Positions 49,270 through 62,790 of a stretch of 64,000 nucleotides of DNA are shown in pieces (position 1 is the first letter of the stretch; each line of letters begins with the position of its first letter). The stretch is from Lama glama (Eukaryota): positions 9,798,001 through 9,862,000 of the forward strand of contig CM052817.1 in the NCBI GenBank assembly GCA_028534125.1. Direction: 5' to 3'. Under the pieces are notes generated by a model. The model saw only the letters and a program-made list of their open reading frames with translations. It was not told where the DNA came from and searched no databases. The position numbers and the translations under genes are program-made.

Positions 49270-52200
49270 TTTTAAAACTTAAACACGTTAAATTATGAAA
49301 ATGTTCAATGCATTGAAATATCCATGGAACAATATTACAGTGTCCATTTACTCATCCTGCAGAACTAACAGACAATACAATTTTTGTCATGTTTGCTTCA
49401 GATCTTTTCCCCTAGTTTTAAAAGAAATAACAAATTAGAGATAAAATCGAAACACCTTTTCCTTGCATTTTCTTGTCTTCCTTCTCAGAGGCAAATACCT
49501 GTATCTTTCTAGAAATGTTCTCTGAATATGTAAGCATACATTCATATATTCTTTTGTTCTCCACACATCTTCTCTTCTGTGTCTCACCTTCTTTTTCACA
49601 AAACCCTGTATCTTCATTATCAATGTAGTTCTGTCTCATTCTAATAGGATTCCACTTTATCACCATATTCTAGACTTGTATTGATGGACGTTTAGGTTGT
49701 TTTAAACCTTTTGCAATATATTGCAAACACTGTTGCAATAAAATCTTTGGATGTGTAAGGTAGAATCCTAGGAGTGGCATCACTAAGTCAAAAAACATAC
49801 CATTTTCCGTTTTGAAAATAGCCAAATTTCTCCGTATAAGACAATTCTCGTGAGGCAATGGGAATTGATTTCCTCACGTGTTCACTGCATAGGATGTTTT
49901 CAAACTTTTTAATTTTTGTCAATCTGTTAAGGGAAAATGTTTCTGCATTTTAACTTTAATTTGTATTTATTTTGTGTTTTTGCTTTGTAGAATAAACATT
50001 GCTTTTTCCACTTAACGATATGTTTTGGTGATTTTAATTAAATTATTTAAAGGATGTATCTGTGTTGACATATGAGCACTAGTTCATTAATTTTAACTGC
50101 TCTGTAGTATCTTACTGAATGACCATATCCTACATTGATTAATAGATTCCCTTATTCTGTTTTTTTTTGCTAAAAAAATGACCTAAACAATGCTAAAACA
50201 CATGTCCGCTAGCACGTATGAGCTATTCTAAGATGTCTAGCTAGAGGGAGCATTACTGAGTCACAGAGCATGCCGTCTTCACCTCCGCTGAGGGTGCTAG
50301 TTTGTCAAGGCTGCCATAACAAAGTACCAGCAGCTGGGCAGCTTAACCGACAGGAATGTGTTGTCTCATGGTTCTGGACGCCGGAAGTCTGAACTCAAGG
50401 TGTCAGAAGGGTGGGTTCTTTCCAAGGGCCGTGAGGAGGACCCTGTTCCATGCCCCAATCCTAGTATCTAGAAGCCTCAGGCGTACCTTACCTTGCAGAT
50501 GACCCTCTCCTTGTGTCTTCAGGTTTTCTTCCCTCTGTGTGTGTTGTCTGTCTCTGTGTGCACATGTCCCCCTTTTCTAAGGACTCTGGTCACATTGGAT
50601 TAAGGGCCACCCTTACCCTCACCTTACCTCGATCATCTGCAAAGATCTTATTTCCAAATAAGTTCACATTCTGAGGGACTGGCAGTTAGGACTTTAACAT
50701 CTTTTGGGGGACACAATTTAGCCCATGACACTGGGTGTACCGATTAAGATGCTTTTGGCTGCAAGTAAAATAATACTCAACTGAAAGTAGTTTATAACAA
50801 GAGATTTTTATAGACACACATAACAAGACATCCAGAAGTGGGGTGGTCCTCGGGTAGGTTCAGCAGCTCACCAATGGCCCAAGGCTTTTCACTCCTTCAT
50901 CTCCCTGGGGTGGCTTTCATCCTTGAGCTTCTTGTCACAAAATGGCTGCTGCCATTCCAGACATTATAGCATAATACCCAGGAACAGAGAGCAAGTGGAT
51001 GGGCAAGAGTGCCCTCATTGCAAATCTCTTTAGTGGGGAATAACATCCTTCCCAGAAGCCCTCCCTCAACTACCTCTGTGCTTCCTCTTTGAATTTCATT
51101 TGCACGGCTCCCCAAACTGTAAAGGAAGCTTGCAGAGTGAGTACTTGATACTTGGAATCATTATGATAGAAGACATGCTTTGCCAAGAGGAAAGAAGGAT
51201 AGGGAATCTATTTGGGTTGGGAAGCAACAGTGCCTGCCACATTAATACGGCTAAACTTGTCTCCAAATTTGTGGCATCAATTTCCTTTCACAAAAGCAGT
51301 GTGGACTTACTTGTTACTGGACAGCCTCACCGTCACTTGGATTGTCAAACAATTTTAGCTGTCTCTTTGTGGCTTTAATGTTTGTTTCCCTGATGACTAA
51401 CACAATTGATCGTACTTGTATGTGTCTACTGGTCATTCTGGTTTCTTCTGTGAAATGCTAATTTTTGCCTTTTGCCTGTTTCTATATTGAATTGTCTTTC
51501 CTTTTTACACATTCAGGATTCCAATTTTTTGTCAGTTATATGGATTGCAAATACATTCTTCCAATCTGTGTTTTGACTCTTGCCTTTATTTTTTGGGTCC
51601 CGTGTCTTACTGAAGATTTCAGTGTAATCTTATTTATATTTTCTTTTATGGCTATGCCTTTTGTATCTTGTTTAAGAACTTATTTTTTACCAGAGGTCAC
51701 AAAAATGTCACATATTATCTAAAATTTTAAAACTTTTGATTTTTCTTATTGTTTATCCATTTGGAATATTCCTTTGTGTGTGTTGTTAAGGTAGGAACTT
51801 AATTTCATTTTTTTCCTACAGACAAATAGTCAGTTATATGAATCCTATCTATCAAATACTCCATCTTTTATCACAGGCTTTGTAATGCCACTCCTGCTGT
51901 GTATCAAGTGCATTAGTTCATTTCCGGGCTCTAATCTGTTTCATGATGTCTCTGTATCATTTCCACATTCTTTACATTATTAACGTCTTGACATCCAGTA
52001 GGGTATCTCTGCTTTCTTATTAGACATTAGTTTACATATCTTAGAAGTTTATCTGAACAGAATCATATACTGCATACGCTTTTGTCTGTGACTTCTTTCA
52101 TGGCTTTGATGTGATGTCTTTAGAATTCACCCACGCTGTGGCAGGTGTTAACAGTTTCTTCCCTTGCATTGCGGAGTAACAGTCCACCGTGGTACCTACC

Positions 52201-54365
52201 ACAATCTGCTTATCCACTCGCCTGTTGATGGGCGCTTAGCTTGTCTTCACCTTTGGGTGTTTTGAATAAAGCCCCTGTGACAATCAGTACACAGGTTACT
52301 GTGTGGACACGTGGTTTGCTTCTTCTTGGGTAAATGTCCAGAAATGAGACAGCTGAGCCGGGTGGTTTAGCTACTTAAGAGACTACTAGACTGTTCTACC
52401 AGGTAATAGCACAGGTTTATGTGCTCACTCTCAGGGTGTGAATATTCTAGTTGTTATATGTCCTTGCTAGCACTCTTAGAGTCAGCGTGAGTGAATTCTA
52501 AAGACATCACACCAAAGCCATGAAAGAAGTCACAGACAAAAGAGTACGTAGTATATGATTCTGTTTAGATAAACTTCTAAAATATGTAAAGCAATGTCTA
52601 CAAGAAAGTAGAGACACCCTACTGGATGTCAGCTTACCTTCTGAACTTACCTTCAGGCTTTTACAAGCTGGACATTCTAATCGGTCTGTGGTGGCTTTAT
52701 AATGGTGACTTTAATTTGCATTTCCCACATGACTAATGATGTTGAACATCGTCTCATAGGTTATTGAAATATTTATTCGTATCTTTTGCCAATCTTAAAA
52801 GTTAGGGTTTTGTACTGATTGTTGGCTTGTAGGCAGTTTAGGTACTCTGGATATAAGTTCTTTGTGAGATGTCTCTGAAAACACTTTCATTTCGTGACTT
52901 GCCTTTTCACATTCTTTAATGCAGACTTTTATAGAGCAGTTTTTTTTCAATCTTTGTAAGGTCTAATTTTTTCCCTTTCTCTCTCTTTTATTTTTTTAAC
53001 TTTTTGGGTTGTTTTTATTTTTTTATTTAAAGTCCATTGAGCATCACAAAAAAAATACAGCTAAGGAGAAAACAAATGTCCAGCTGAGATCTCAGAACCC
53101 AGAGCTACGGAGGAGATGAGGCACTGGATTGTTGAGCGCGTGGGGGCGGGTGGCTGGTGTTTTTTCTTATATAACTTGTGCTTTAGGTCTCTGATCCATT
53201 TCTAGTTCATTTTGTGTGTGGAGTGAAGTAAGGGTCAATTTCATTTTTTTTCACATATGAAAACATATTTGCTATACATCATTTATTGAAAAAGCTTTCC
53301 TTTCCCCATTGACTCTCTTTAGCTCCCTTCCTGAAGATCAGTTGACCATGTCTTAGTCAATGCCAGCTGCTGTAACAGAATTAGGGTGGCTAGTGAACAA
53401 CAGAAATTTATTTCTCACAGTTTTAGAGGCTGGAAATCCAAGATTCAGCTTTGGTGAGAACCCACTTCCCCTAGTTCATAGACAACTGTGTCCTCACACT
53501 GGGGAAGGGAGGTGGGAGCTCTCTGGGTCTCTTTTATAAGGGTGCTAATCCCTTTCATGAGGGCTCCACCTTCATAACCTAACCACCCCCAAAGCCCCAC
53601 CGCCTGATACCATCACCTTGGGAAACAGGTTTCAACATACGACTTTTGGAGGGCCACGAACATTCAGTCTACAGCACCATGTTTATATGGGTTTTTTTCT
53701 AAATTCTCTGTTCTATTTCCTTGACTTATATCTATTATTTTACCACCGCACTTTGTCTAGATAACTGAAGCTCTTTAGTAAGTCTTGAAGTCAAATAATT
53801 GATGCCCTCCAGCTTTTATTCCTTTGATTACTTTGGCTGGCTTGTACTTCCACATAAATTTTAGAATCAACTTGTTAATATTTTTGACAAAGCATGCTGA
53901 AATTTTGATTTGTGATTTGTTAATTCTAGAGATACATCTTAGTGATATTTACCATCTTAATATTGAGCTTTCCCACCCATGACTATGGTATGTTTCTCTG
54001 TTTCTTGAGGCATTTAAATTTTTTTTCTCAGCAATGTTTTATTTTCAGAGTACAAGGCTTGCCTATATTTTGTTAAATTTATAGCTCAATATTTCCTATT
54101 TTTGCATTCCTATAGTTTTATTGCCATTATATCAAAGTAGGATATATACATATGTATGTGCAGGATATTTATATGTATCCTACTTTGATGCAATGCATAA
54201 TGCATAATATAGTTTCAATACACAGTATATAATATGCAGTATTTAATGTATAGAATATAGTACAATATAGAGTATGTAGGATACATACATATTTTAAATG
54301 TTTTCTAATTGTGTGTGGCAAGTGTATAGGAATGTTTTATGTTTTGAATGTTGGTATTATATCTA
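49270..54365 (-). mobile_element. Mosaic of old L1M fragments with nested MaLR LTRs (MLT1C-like 50295-50731; MST-like 53348-53675)
   Basis: L1 motifs (TTTAATTTGCATTTCCC, TTTATTGAAAAG..TTTCCTTTCCCCATTG) and MaLR motifs (GGCTGCCATAACAAAGTACCA). Confidence 0.75.
51989..52631. repeat. Inverted duplication; arms 51989-52138 and 52483-52631
   Basis: Manual alignment gives about 12 substitutions and 1 indel over about 150 bp. Confidence 0.9.
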
Positions 54366-55584
54366 CAAACTTTAGACAGAAATAAGCTTGATGCATTTGA
54401 GAAAAGGAAAGAAGGACAGTTTGGGGTCCCAGCAGACAAAGGAGAACAATTTGAGGTCAGAGGTAGCCAGGGGTCACATAGTCATCAAGATGAAGTCACT
54501 TAACATTTTTACTTAAGTGGAATTTTAAAAAGATCCAACATTAAGCGAGAGTTAGTCCCAATGTGCTACATTCCCTTAGCAACCACACGATCCACATTAT
54601 TGCTATCTCTTACTTAATAACAATGATTCCCTTCAGACTGAAAGCATTGGAGGTCAGGGGCTGTGTGTATGTCTTGATAACTGCTGAATCCTCAGAGCGT
54701 ACCTGGAGCTCTGCCTGGCACATAGCAAGCATTCTGTATTTATTGAACAAAAGAATGGAAATATAAAATAGGTAAAGTTGTATTTTATTAATATAAACAT
54801 ATTTTATACATTTGTATTTATAACATGTAGTTATTATAATAATGATAAACAGATTTTAATGAGTACAAGAATTTGATCTAAGGGATTACAAATGACTGCT
54901 GCAGAATGAGTCAAACTTCAATATTAAATTTATTTTGCTATGTGTTTTACTTTGCAGTTGCAGGAAAACTTTCATCCCAAAAGACAATTAGTAAGGAAAT
55001 GACTTACTATTCTAAGAGAAAGCATGCTTAGTTTTGAAGTGAGGATGAAAGGAGAGGGCATGGAAGGATAAATTTGGGGAAACTACTTTCTTAATGACAC
55101 ACTTATAGTTAAATAGAGACAGTGTTTATTTCCCAAAATCTTCCCCCCAAATAAATTCACAAAACATATTATCTGACATAAAGACCAAAAAAAAAAATTA
55201 CCAAACCCTAAGAATCAATAACAAAAACATAGGCAAACACCCCTCCCTCTGACCCCATAGTGTTTGGAAGTTAAACCAGCTCTTGACATGACTTCCCTGG
55301 GGATAATTCAGATGGTTAGTTCTTATTCCTTGACCCGTGAAGAGCATCTGATACTGGTTGGTCACTGACTTCTTCTAAAACGGTTCTTCTCTCTTTTCTA
55401 TTTTGTTCACTGGTGTATCTTACATGTTCATAAACGTGCCGAGCACATAGTAGATGCTCAGTAAATATTTGCTAGATTAATGAACTAATGATTTCTGAAC
55501 TTACCTTCAGCCTGAAGAGTCTTCTGATTTTAGGACCCCGCTTAGAAAAATTCTCCTCTCAGGGAATCGCGCCGATCCTCTCTT

Positions 55585-55604
55585 CTCCCACTAGGTGGCA
55601 GTCT
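55585..55604 (+). promoter_or_regulatory. Candidate CTCF binding site
   Basis: CCCACTAGGTGGCAGTC closely matches the CTCF core (CCAC/G-N-AGG/A-G/T-GGC-A/G) and lies in non-repetitive-looking sequence. Confidence 0.6.
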
Positions 55605-57200
55605 TCACCTTCAATGCAGGCTTCTGTCGGCTTCAAATTTGAGAATTCATAGCTGAGCTCACCACCACGTTTTTCTTGGGGCCAAAATGAGGTGCCCTGC
55701 AGGACTTGACAGCAGGAAAATTCATAGAATGAGTGTATTTACCCCTCGGGATTTAAGTGCTTTCAGGGAAGAGGATTTGGGATGTGAGCCCTTTCCCTGG
55801 GGAGCAACGCGTTATGAAAGTAATGTTGCTTTATTGACGCGGACTTTGAAATGTAATCATTTGCAGGAAGGATGTAGGTTTCAAGAGAGGTGACGGTAGA
55901 GTTATGAAGCCTCAAGTAGGCTGACAACACACAAAATCGATTTATCCACCAAATATACCTTTCTTTTTGTTCACATAGCATCAGACTTTTTTTAACCAAG
56001 AACTTTAACCCCTTCTGCCCCATTCCCTCTTACTCCACTCACTTCCTAGTCCTTCAACATCTGGTCTTCGACTACGTGCGAGACCTGCAGGGAAACAACT
56101 CCTCTGGGGTCTCAGGCCCTCGTTCTCTTAGGACCAGCTTTGTCCTGGGGGTAGTTAGGGCCATGATTTAAAATTTCCTGTGGGAGGCAGCATCGTCTAA
56201 CTAAAAGAGAAGGGCTGGGCCCATAGGCAGCTCTGCCACTTGCTGATTGTTTGGCTTTGGGCACGTTCCTAAGCTCTGAGCTCCGGCAGCTCTAAGGCAC
56301 GGCGGTGGTGGCGCCCTCCCCGTGGGGCAGGTGTGACAGTTAAACAGGGTGGGCACGAGATGAGCCCTTAGCACGGGGCCTGGCCCGTGGGGAGTATCCT
56401 GTGCTGTCTGTGCCCTCTCCTTCCTCCTCCTGGCATGTCCTCCTGCCTCTGGGTTCTGGGGACCACCTGCCTGTGCCTGTCGGAGGTAGGGAGCAGGGAT
56501 GAGAAGTGAATAGGAGGGAGTGACCCGTGGGGGTGCGTCATGGGTCTGTTGGAAGGAGCAGAGTGGTAGGAAGGGGGTGGACATCCTTTGACCCTGAATC
56601 TTGACAGTTGTGCCTGGCTTGTGTGCGTTGAACTCCCAGGTCACCGTCACTAATTAAAGAGGCAAACAGGAAACCGCTAGCCAACTGAGACTCCAGCTCA
56701 ACACAGACACTTGCTCATTGACAAGTCAGGTCTTGCGGAAGCTTGTCAGCCATAAACACTAGTGGAGGCATGAGGATTTTCACAAGCCTCTTGATTGTTC
56801 AGATTCAGCTTGCTGGTTGCTGTCACTTACCCCTGGCCCCCCACCCCTCTCCTGGTCCCCCAGGACCACCCAGTGCTCTGGTTGAACAAGGTGGATTTAT
56901 CACAGTTTGCAAGAAGGCTGATCTCTCTTCACAGGGACCCAGGAGGGCAAGGGGGGCTCTGTTCCACGATGTCAGAAAAGATTTGTAGGATTTGGGTTTG
57001 TTTTACAAGATTTTGGACACGATTCAAGGAGGCTGGCTTTGCCTGGATGCTGCCAGGAAGCAGAGTGGACGGGAGTAATTTTGTGATAAAGAATCTTCAT
57101 AAATCTTCCCCATCAGGCTGGAAGAATAAAGCAAAGCTGAAGCCGTAATTGACAAAGAAGCAGCTGTCCCTCAGATAAGCTGCTATAAACGGATGTTTGG

Positions 57201-57203
<3 letters not shown>

Positions 57204-57249
<46 letters not shown>

Positions 57250-57455
57250 GTGTGTATGTGTGTGTGTGTATGTGTGTGTGTATGTATGTGTGTATGTGTG
57301 TATATGTGTGTGTGTGTGTATGTGTGTATGTGTATGTATGTGTGTATATGTGTGTGTGTGTGTGTGTATGTGTGTATGTGTATGTATGTGTGTATCTGTG
57401 TGTGTGTCTGTATGTGTGTATGTATGTGTGTGTGTGTATGTGTGTGTGTGTGTGT
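57204..57455. repeat. Compound (TG)n/(TATG)n microsatellite
   Basis: About 250 bp of nearly pure purine-pyrimidine alternation. Confidence 0.97.
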
Positions 57456-60400
57456 GGTTTGGACATTGCCTTTGTCTGCTCACATCGAAGTCTATCACGA
57501 TCACCTGGGGGCCTTATCTGATGTCGGTGCCCTGGACTTGCGGTCCAGAGGAGAACACAGGGCCTCCTGTGAGTGCCAGGCCGGCTCCATGTTCCTTTTC
57601 ACCGCCAGCATCTCCGCATACAACCCTGCGCACTCTGGGTCCCAGGCAGGGGCAGCTAGAGCAGCTGGCCTTACTTAATTGGAGGTGAGGGGTGCTCCCG
57701 AGGGGAAGAAAGGAAGGCGAGTGAGTGAGCTGTTCTAATCCCCTTGTCAGCTGGGCCTCCAGGCAGAGAGCCTAGTGATGCTTACTAGAATGAAGAGCCT
57801 TCTCTCTTGAACGCCCTCAGTCGGATGTCCTTGGATAAAGGATCCCTTATAGAAAATACATTCAGAATCTGAGAGGCACGGGTCCCTGGGGGATCATGTA
57901 GGCTGGAGAGCTCTCTGGAGGCAAAAACGGAGATGTTTCATCTCTTCATCCCTTCTGGCTGAATAAGGAACCTCGCAAAACCTCACTCAGTACATTTATC
58001 TATTATTCTGGGCCAGGGAGGAAGACAGGCTGGATCCCAGGGGGTTACAGGATGTGGTGTCCGGTCCTTGCTTTGTCTGAGTCTCTCAATTACCTGTCTC
58101 CTTGACACTGTTCACAAAGTTTGATTCGGGGTACAATCTATGATACGTGAGGGTGTGATCTGACAATCCAGTTTTGCTTAAGGGTGCAAGGCAGTCTTTA
58201 AACTGGAGAGCAAGATGCATTGGAAGAGGTGCCTGGCCGTAGCCCCCACCCCACCCCATATTTCATGTCGTTAGGCCTTGAGACGTGGGTTTGTGCCACC
58301 AGCCCTAAGTCTTGCCTGGTTACAAGGTGTCGTCTTTAGCTGGATGAGGGATGAGAAATGACACTTTGTAGCCCAGAGATGGGGGGATGGGGCACAAAAA
58401 TAACAGGTGTCGACCATGGGGGTTTGGACATGAGCTCTTCTCATGTCTTAAGACCTTCCCAGAGTCTCAGCCCTTCGTCTAATTGCTCAAGCAACTTGAA
58501 AAGAAACTGAAAATTCTGCCATGACTCCCATGGTAATATATGCTTAGTATAGAAAAATTCAAAATATAAGAAAGAGAAGGTCACAGAGCAACCTTTCTAC
58601 TCCCACAAACCAGGCACAACTATTTTTAACACATGGTGTGATTACTGTGGGTATTTTTATTCTGTTTTTAAAAATTGGTTGTGATCATACCGTAGCTTCA
58701 ATTTAAAAAATGTAACGTCTCCTTTTCTAGAGGTTTGGATAATGGAGAACACAGGCATCCATTCTTATCATAAACCAACAGGAAGATACAGGGTGGAAGT
58801 GGAGCTTCCCCTTGATTTCTCTTCCCAGAGACAACTCCAGTGTCAAGTCTGATGCATGTCCTTTTCCTATTTCTCTAAGTTCAGGCCTACTTTTTTTCAC
58901 TTAACGTAAAATAACCCCCTCCCCAAGCTATTCCGAGCTCTACATAAAAGCCTTGTTCAAAGGCTGCTGTATATTCTGCTGAGCCCAGACGCCCTAAGAA
59001 ACATCCCTTTTTGTTGGCTACATGTCTCTAATCACTCTGGAGCCCACCAAAGGAAGTGAGGGCAGAAGGTGGTCAATGAGAAACCCACGGTGGTTATAAA
59101 CATAGATTGACTGGGTGTGTGTCATGACAACTGGGGCAGAAAACAGAAAAATCGTTCCCAAAGTGAGGGTGCTGATTCACGTTTAATCAAGTTTCTTCTT
59201 CGTATTTTAAGTCCTGTTTCTATCCTCTGGAGTATAAAATTCGAAAACCGTCTCCTTTTGATTGTGTTTGCAAATTTGAGTGCTTCGGGCCAGTCACCAG
59301 GGCTCTAATTGTAATTTGTTTTGGTCTTTGTCCACCCTTTACCAAAACATGAGTGCCCTGAGGATAGACACGGTGTGAGTTAACTTTTTCAGCCCCGTGC
59401 CTGCGTGGGGCTTGCTGTTAGCCCCTGGTAAGTATTTGCAGAATGAAAGAAAGGGTGGAAGAAGCGAGCCAAGTGTCCCAGACGGGTGAACAGAGAAACA
59501 AAGAGTGGTGAGTAACTGACAGTGAAACGTTACTCAGCCTGAGAAAGGAATTCTGACACGTGTCACAGCATGGACCGGCTGGAAGGACGCTGCTCACTGA
59601 AACACGCCAGTCACGCAAGAAGAATCCTGTCTGAGTCCACTTACAGAAGGTGGCACCGGCTTCAGGTTCATTGAGACAGAAGACAGAGGGCTGTTTCCAG
59701 GGGCTGGGGGAGGACGGAGTGGGGGAGACCTTGGAAAACTTCAGGTTCTGCTCTTCCCCTCCCCACACCCTGCCTTGGTTGGTCTGCAGCCTGGCTCTGT
59801 GCATTTCCCCAAGCTCCGCAGGTGACCCTCGAGTGTGGCCGGAGCTCAGGACCTGAGACATCCGACAGCCCTTCTGGGTGAGCAGCCCTGAGCGGGGACC
59901 AGAGGCACGGACTGAGCTCCCAGAGCAGCCTCTGGGCTAAGGACCCCCTTCACAGCATGACCTTGAGCAGCAGGTGCCCTGGGGCATCACAGCTAAGCCC
60001 TCTGACTCTGGAACGGAGGAGCCGTTGAAGAGAAGATCCTGAGCTCCCAGAAATGGCGCTTACCGTCCCTCACTGCTTCTCAGTCAGAGAGATTCGCTTC
60101 CTTCTCCGCTGGATGCAGGGATCCCCGAGGCCCTCTGTTTCCTCGAGCCCAGCCAGCTTACTCAAAACGGCTTTTTCTCGGGTACCATTTGAGTTGATGG
60201 AACCGTGCTCTATCCACGGGGGCAATAATGAGGCTTGTGGATTTTTGCAAATAACTAAATTAAGGGCTCACCTTTTTAGAGCCACACTGGTGAACTTGAG
60301 GCCCATTTCTGCCAGGACGTGTGTGAATAAGTACTGCAGACGTATCTGTACACGTGGCCCCAATTCTTTATATATATATAAATATATATACGCACCCTTA

Positions 60401-60692
60401 AAATGCTTCCTTGCACATCCAGGGCGAAATGTTCACTTTTGATTTTAAGGATGAAAAGTAGCTTCCTAAAGCCCGTCCCAGCCTTCTCATCACCTCTCTC
60501 CATTTCCTCTTGCTTGTGGGGCTCTGGTCTCTGAAGAGAAAAGGAAGATGGTTGAGTTATAAACTCGTCCAAAGTCTGTTTCAACTCTGACATTCTAAAC
60601 TCTGCTCCACCTCAACAAGGAAGTCTGTTACATTTTTAACCTGGATCTCTTGAACCCTTAAGGTAATGTTTCTTGAAGGAGGTCTGCATACC

Positions 60693-61164
60693 TGTTGACT
60701 GAAATGAATGCGCAGCCTAAAAGTCGAGTGTTATGTTTTATTTGGCGGGAGGACTCGAGCCGGGATGACAGCCTCTCAGATGGCTCTGAGGGACTGCTCC
60801 CAAGAGGAGCCAGGATATATATAGGAGCTTTACAACAGAGACCAGGTAGTTGGAACATTAAAAGCTTACTTGTTAACTAAAGAGAGCCAGGCATCTCAAG
60901 TTAGAGAATTTAGCGCTTTTCTATGTCTGGGAGGGAGCAAACATTTGGGCTCACTGAATTCATTCCTTTGACAAACACCCAGCTATCTAGGGCCAGTGTC
61001 CTGTCCTTTCTTATTCTGAGTCCCCTCAGAGGGCACCATGGTGAGTGGCTGCAGAGGCTGGGCTGCAGGCTTGTCCTCACTAGGGGGTGGCGGCAGCCGC
61101 TGAGGACTTGATGGCTTTAGCATTCTTTGTTTACTGATACGGTTGGCAGTATTTATCCTTCACA
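60693..61164 (-). mobile_element. ERV1-type solo LTR with 4-bp TSD
   Basis: TG...CA termini, TACC on both sides (60689-60692, 61165-61168); minus-strand TATA (TATATA) and AATAAA. Confidence 0.85.
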
Positions 61165-62009
61165 TACCTACAAAGCATAAAAAATTTTGGAGGTTTGTGA
61201 GTTCTCCACGAGACTCTGGTTTTTGGTGATGAAAGCATCCGGTACGTGGTGGGTATACGGCATGGCTATTTCTCTTAACAGCCAGATCTTTCGTGGTGGG
61301 GCATTCCCTTGTCCTTCATCTCAGGAAGACGTCTCTCCTTCTCCACCCTTTGCTGCTGAGGACAGAGGCCTAAGACTGCACGAGGGAGGTGGGCTGACAA
61401 CAGGAAAGCCCTGAGTAATGCATTACATTAATGGAATTTAATTACATGATCTCCTAAAGTGAAATAGCCGATAAACACCTTTCTTCTAAATGTCCCATAA
61501 CAGTGGCCCATAAATGTTGATGGGTTTTGAAGCTCATAATGCAATGACGGTTTTCCCTTAAGTCTGTAATGTATGGGTGGCTCCGGGGGACAGTGGTTTC
61601 TCGGCCCAGTTTTACAGGTGAGCTGGGATACAGTTGAAGTGTCCTGTGCAGGTTGGGGAAGCAGAGGGGCCTCCATGAAAGAGGCCTCCCCTCCCGGGGG
61701 CCAGGGGCATGTCACATGTTATCTCATTTAATCCTGGAAAGCTGCCAGGGCATGAAGTGTTACTATCTCCATCTTACAGGTGAAGACAGGAGGATGGGGC
61801 GGTGTGTAGCAGTGCTGTGAGCATCTGGCCACCAGGCTGTCACCGACCTGGGGTCCAGTCCCGCTTCACCACTTACTCATCATGCGACCTTAGGCACCTT
61901 GGTTAAATTCACAGCCTTAAAGTTTCCTCTTTGTGGCTAAAATGGGGCAATGGTGATATCTACCTCTGACAGAGCCTGCAGCCTGGCCCCGTCTCTAGAA
62001 TTAAAACTG

Positions 62010-62790
62010 TGCTTTTATTTTATTTTTGAATTTTTTTGTTTTTAACGAATAAAAAAAGTATACTATTTTTAAAGGTTACTTTCCATTTACAGTAATTACA
62101 AAATTTTTGCTATATTCCCTGTGCTGAACAATACATCCCTGAGCCTATCTTGCACCCAATAGTTTTCACTTCCCCCTTCCTCACCCCAGTATTGCCCTTT
62201 CCCCACTTCCCCACTGGGACCACTAGTTTGTTCTCTTTATCTGTGCGTCTGCTTCTTTTTGTTACATTCACTAATGTGATGTATTTTTTAGATTCCACAT
62301 ATAAGTGATATCATACAGTATTTGTCTTTCTCTCTCTGACTTATTTCACTTAGCACAATGCCCTCCAAGTCCATCCATGTTGCTGCAAATGGCCAAATTT
62401 TGTTCTTTTTTATGGCTGAGTAGTATTCCATTGAATATACATACCACATCTTCTTTATCCATTCATCAGTCAATGAACACTTAAGTTGTTTCCATATCTT
62501 GGCAATTATAAGCAATGCTGTTATGAACATTAGGGTGCATGTATCTTTTCGAATTAGAATTTTTGTGTTTTTTCCTTTTTTGGAAATATACCAGGAGTGA
62601 AATTGCTGGGTCATATGGTAGTTCTAGTTTTAGTTTTTTGAGTAAAACTCCACACTGTTTTCCACAGTGGCTGCACCAATTTACATCCCCTCCAACAGTG
62701 TATGAGGGTTCCCTTTTCTCCACATCTTCACCCACATTGTTATTTGTGTTTTTTTTGTTGATAGCCATTCCAACAGGTGTGAGGTAATAT
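62010..62790 (-). mobile_element. L1 3' fragment
   Basis: ORF2 C-terminus ([15 protein letters not shown]...; WIKKMWYVYSMEYYSAIKKN) and 3'UTR. Confidence 0.93.

Noticed and set aside
57097..57688. His/Thr- and Cys/Val-rich ORFs (also at 5276-5761 and 33922-34386)
   Set aside because: Translations of microsatellites.
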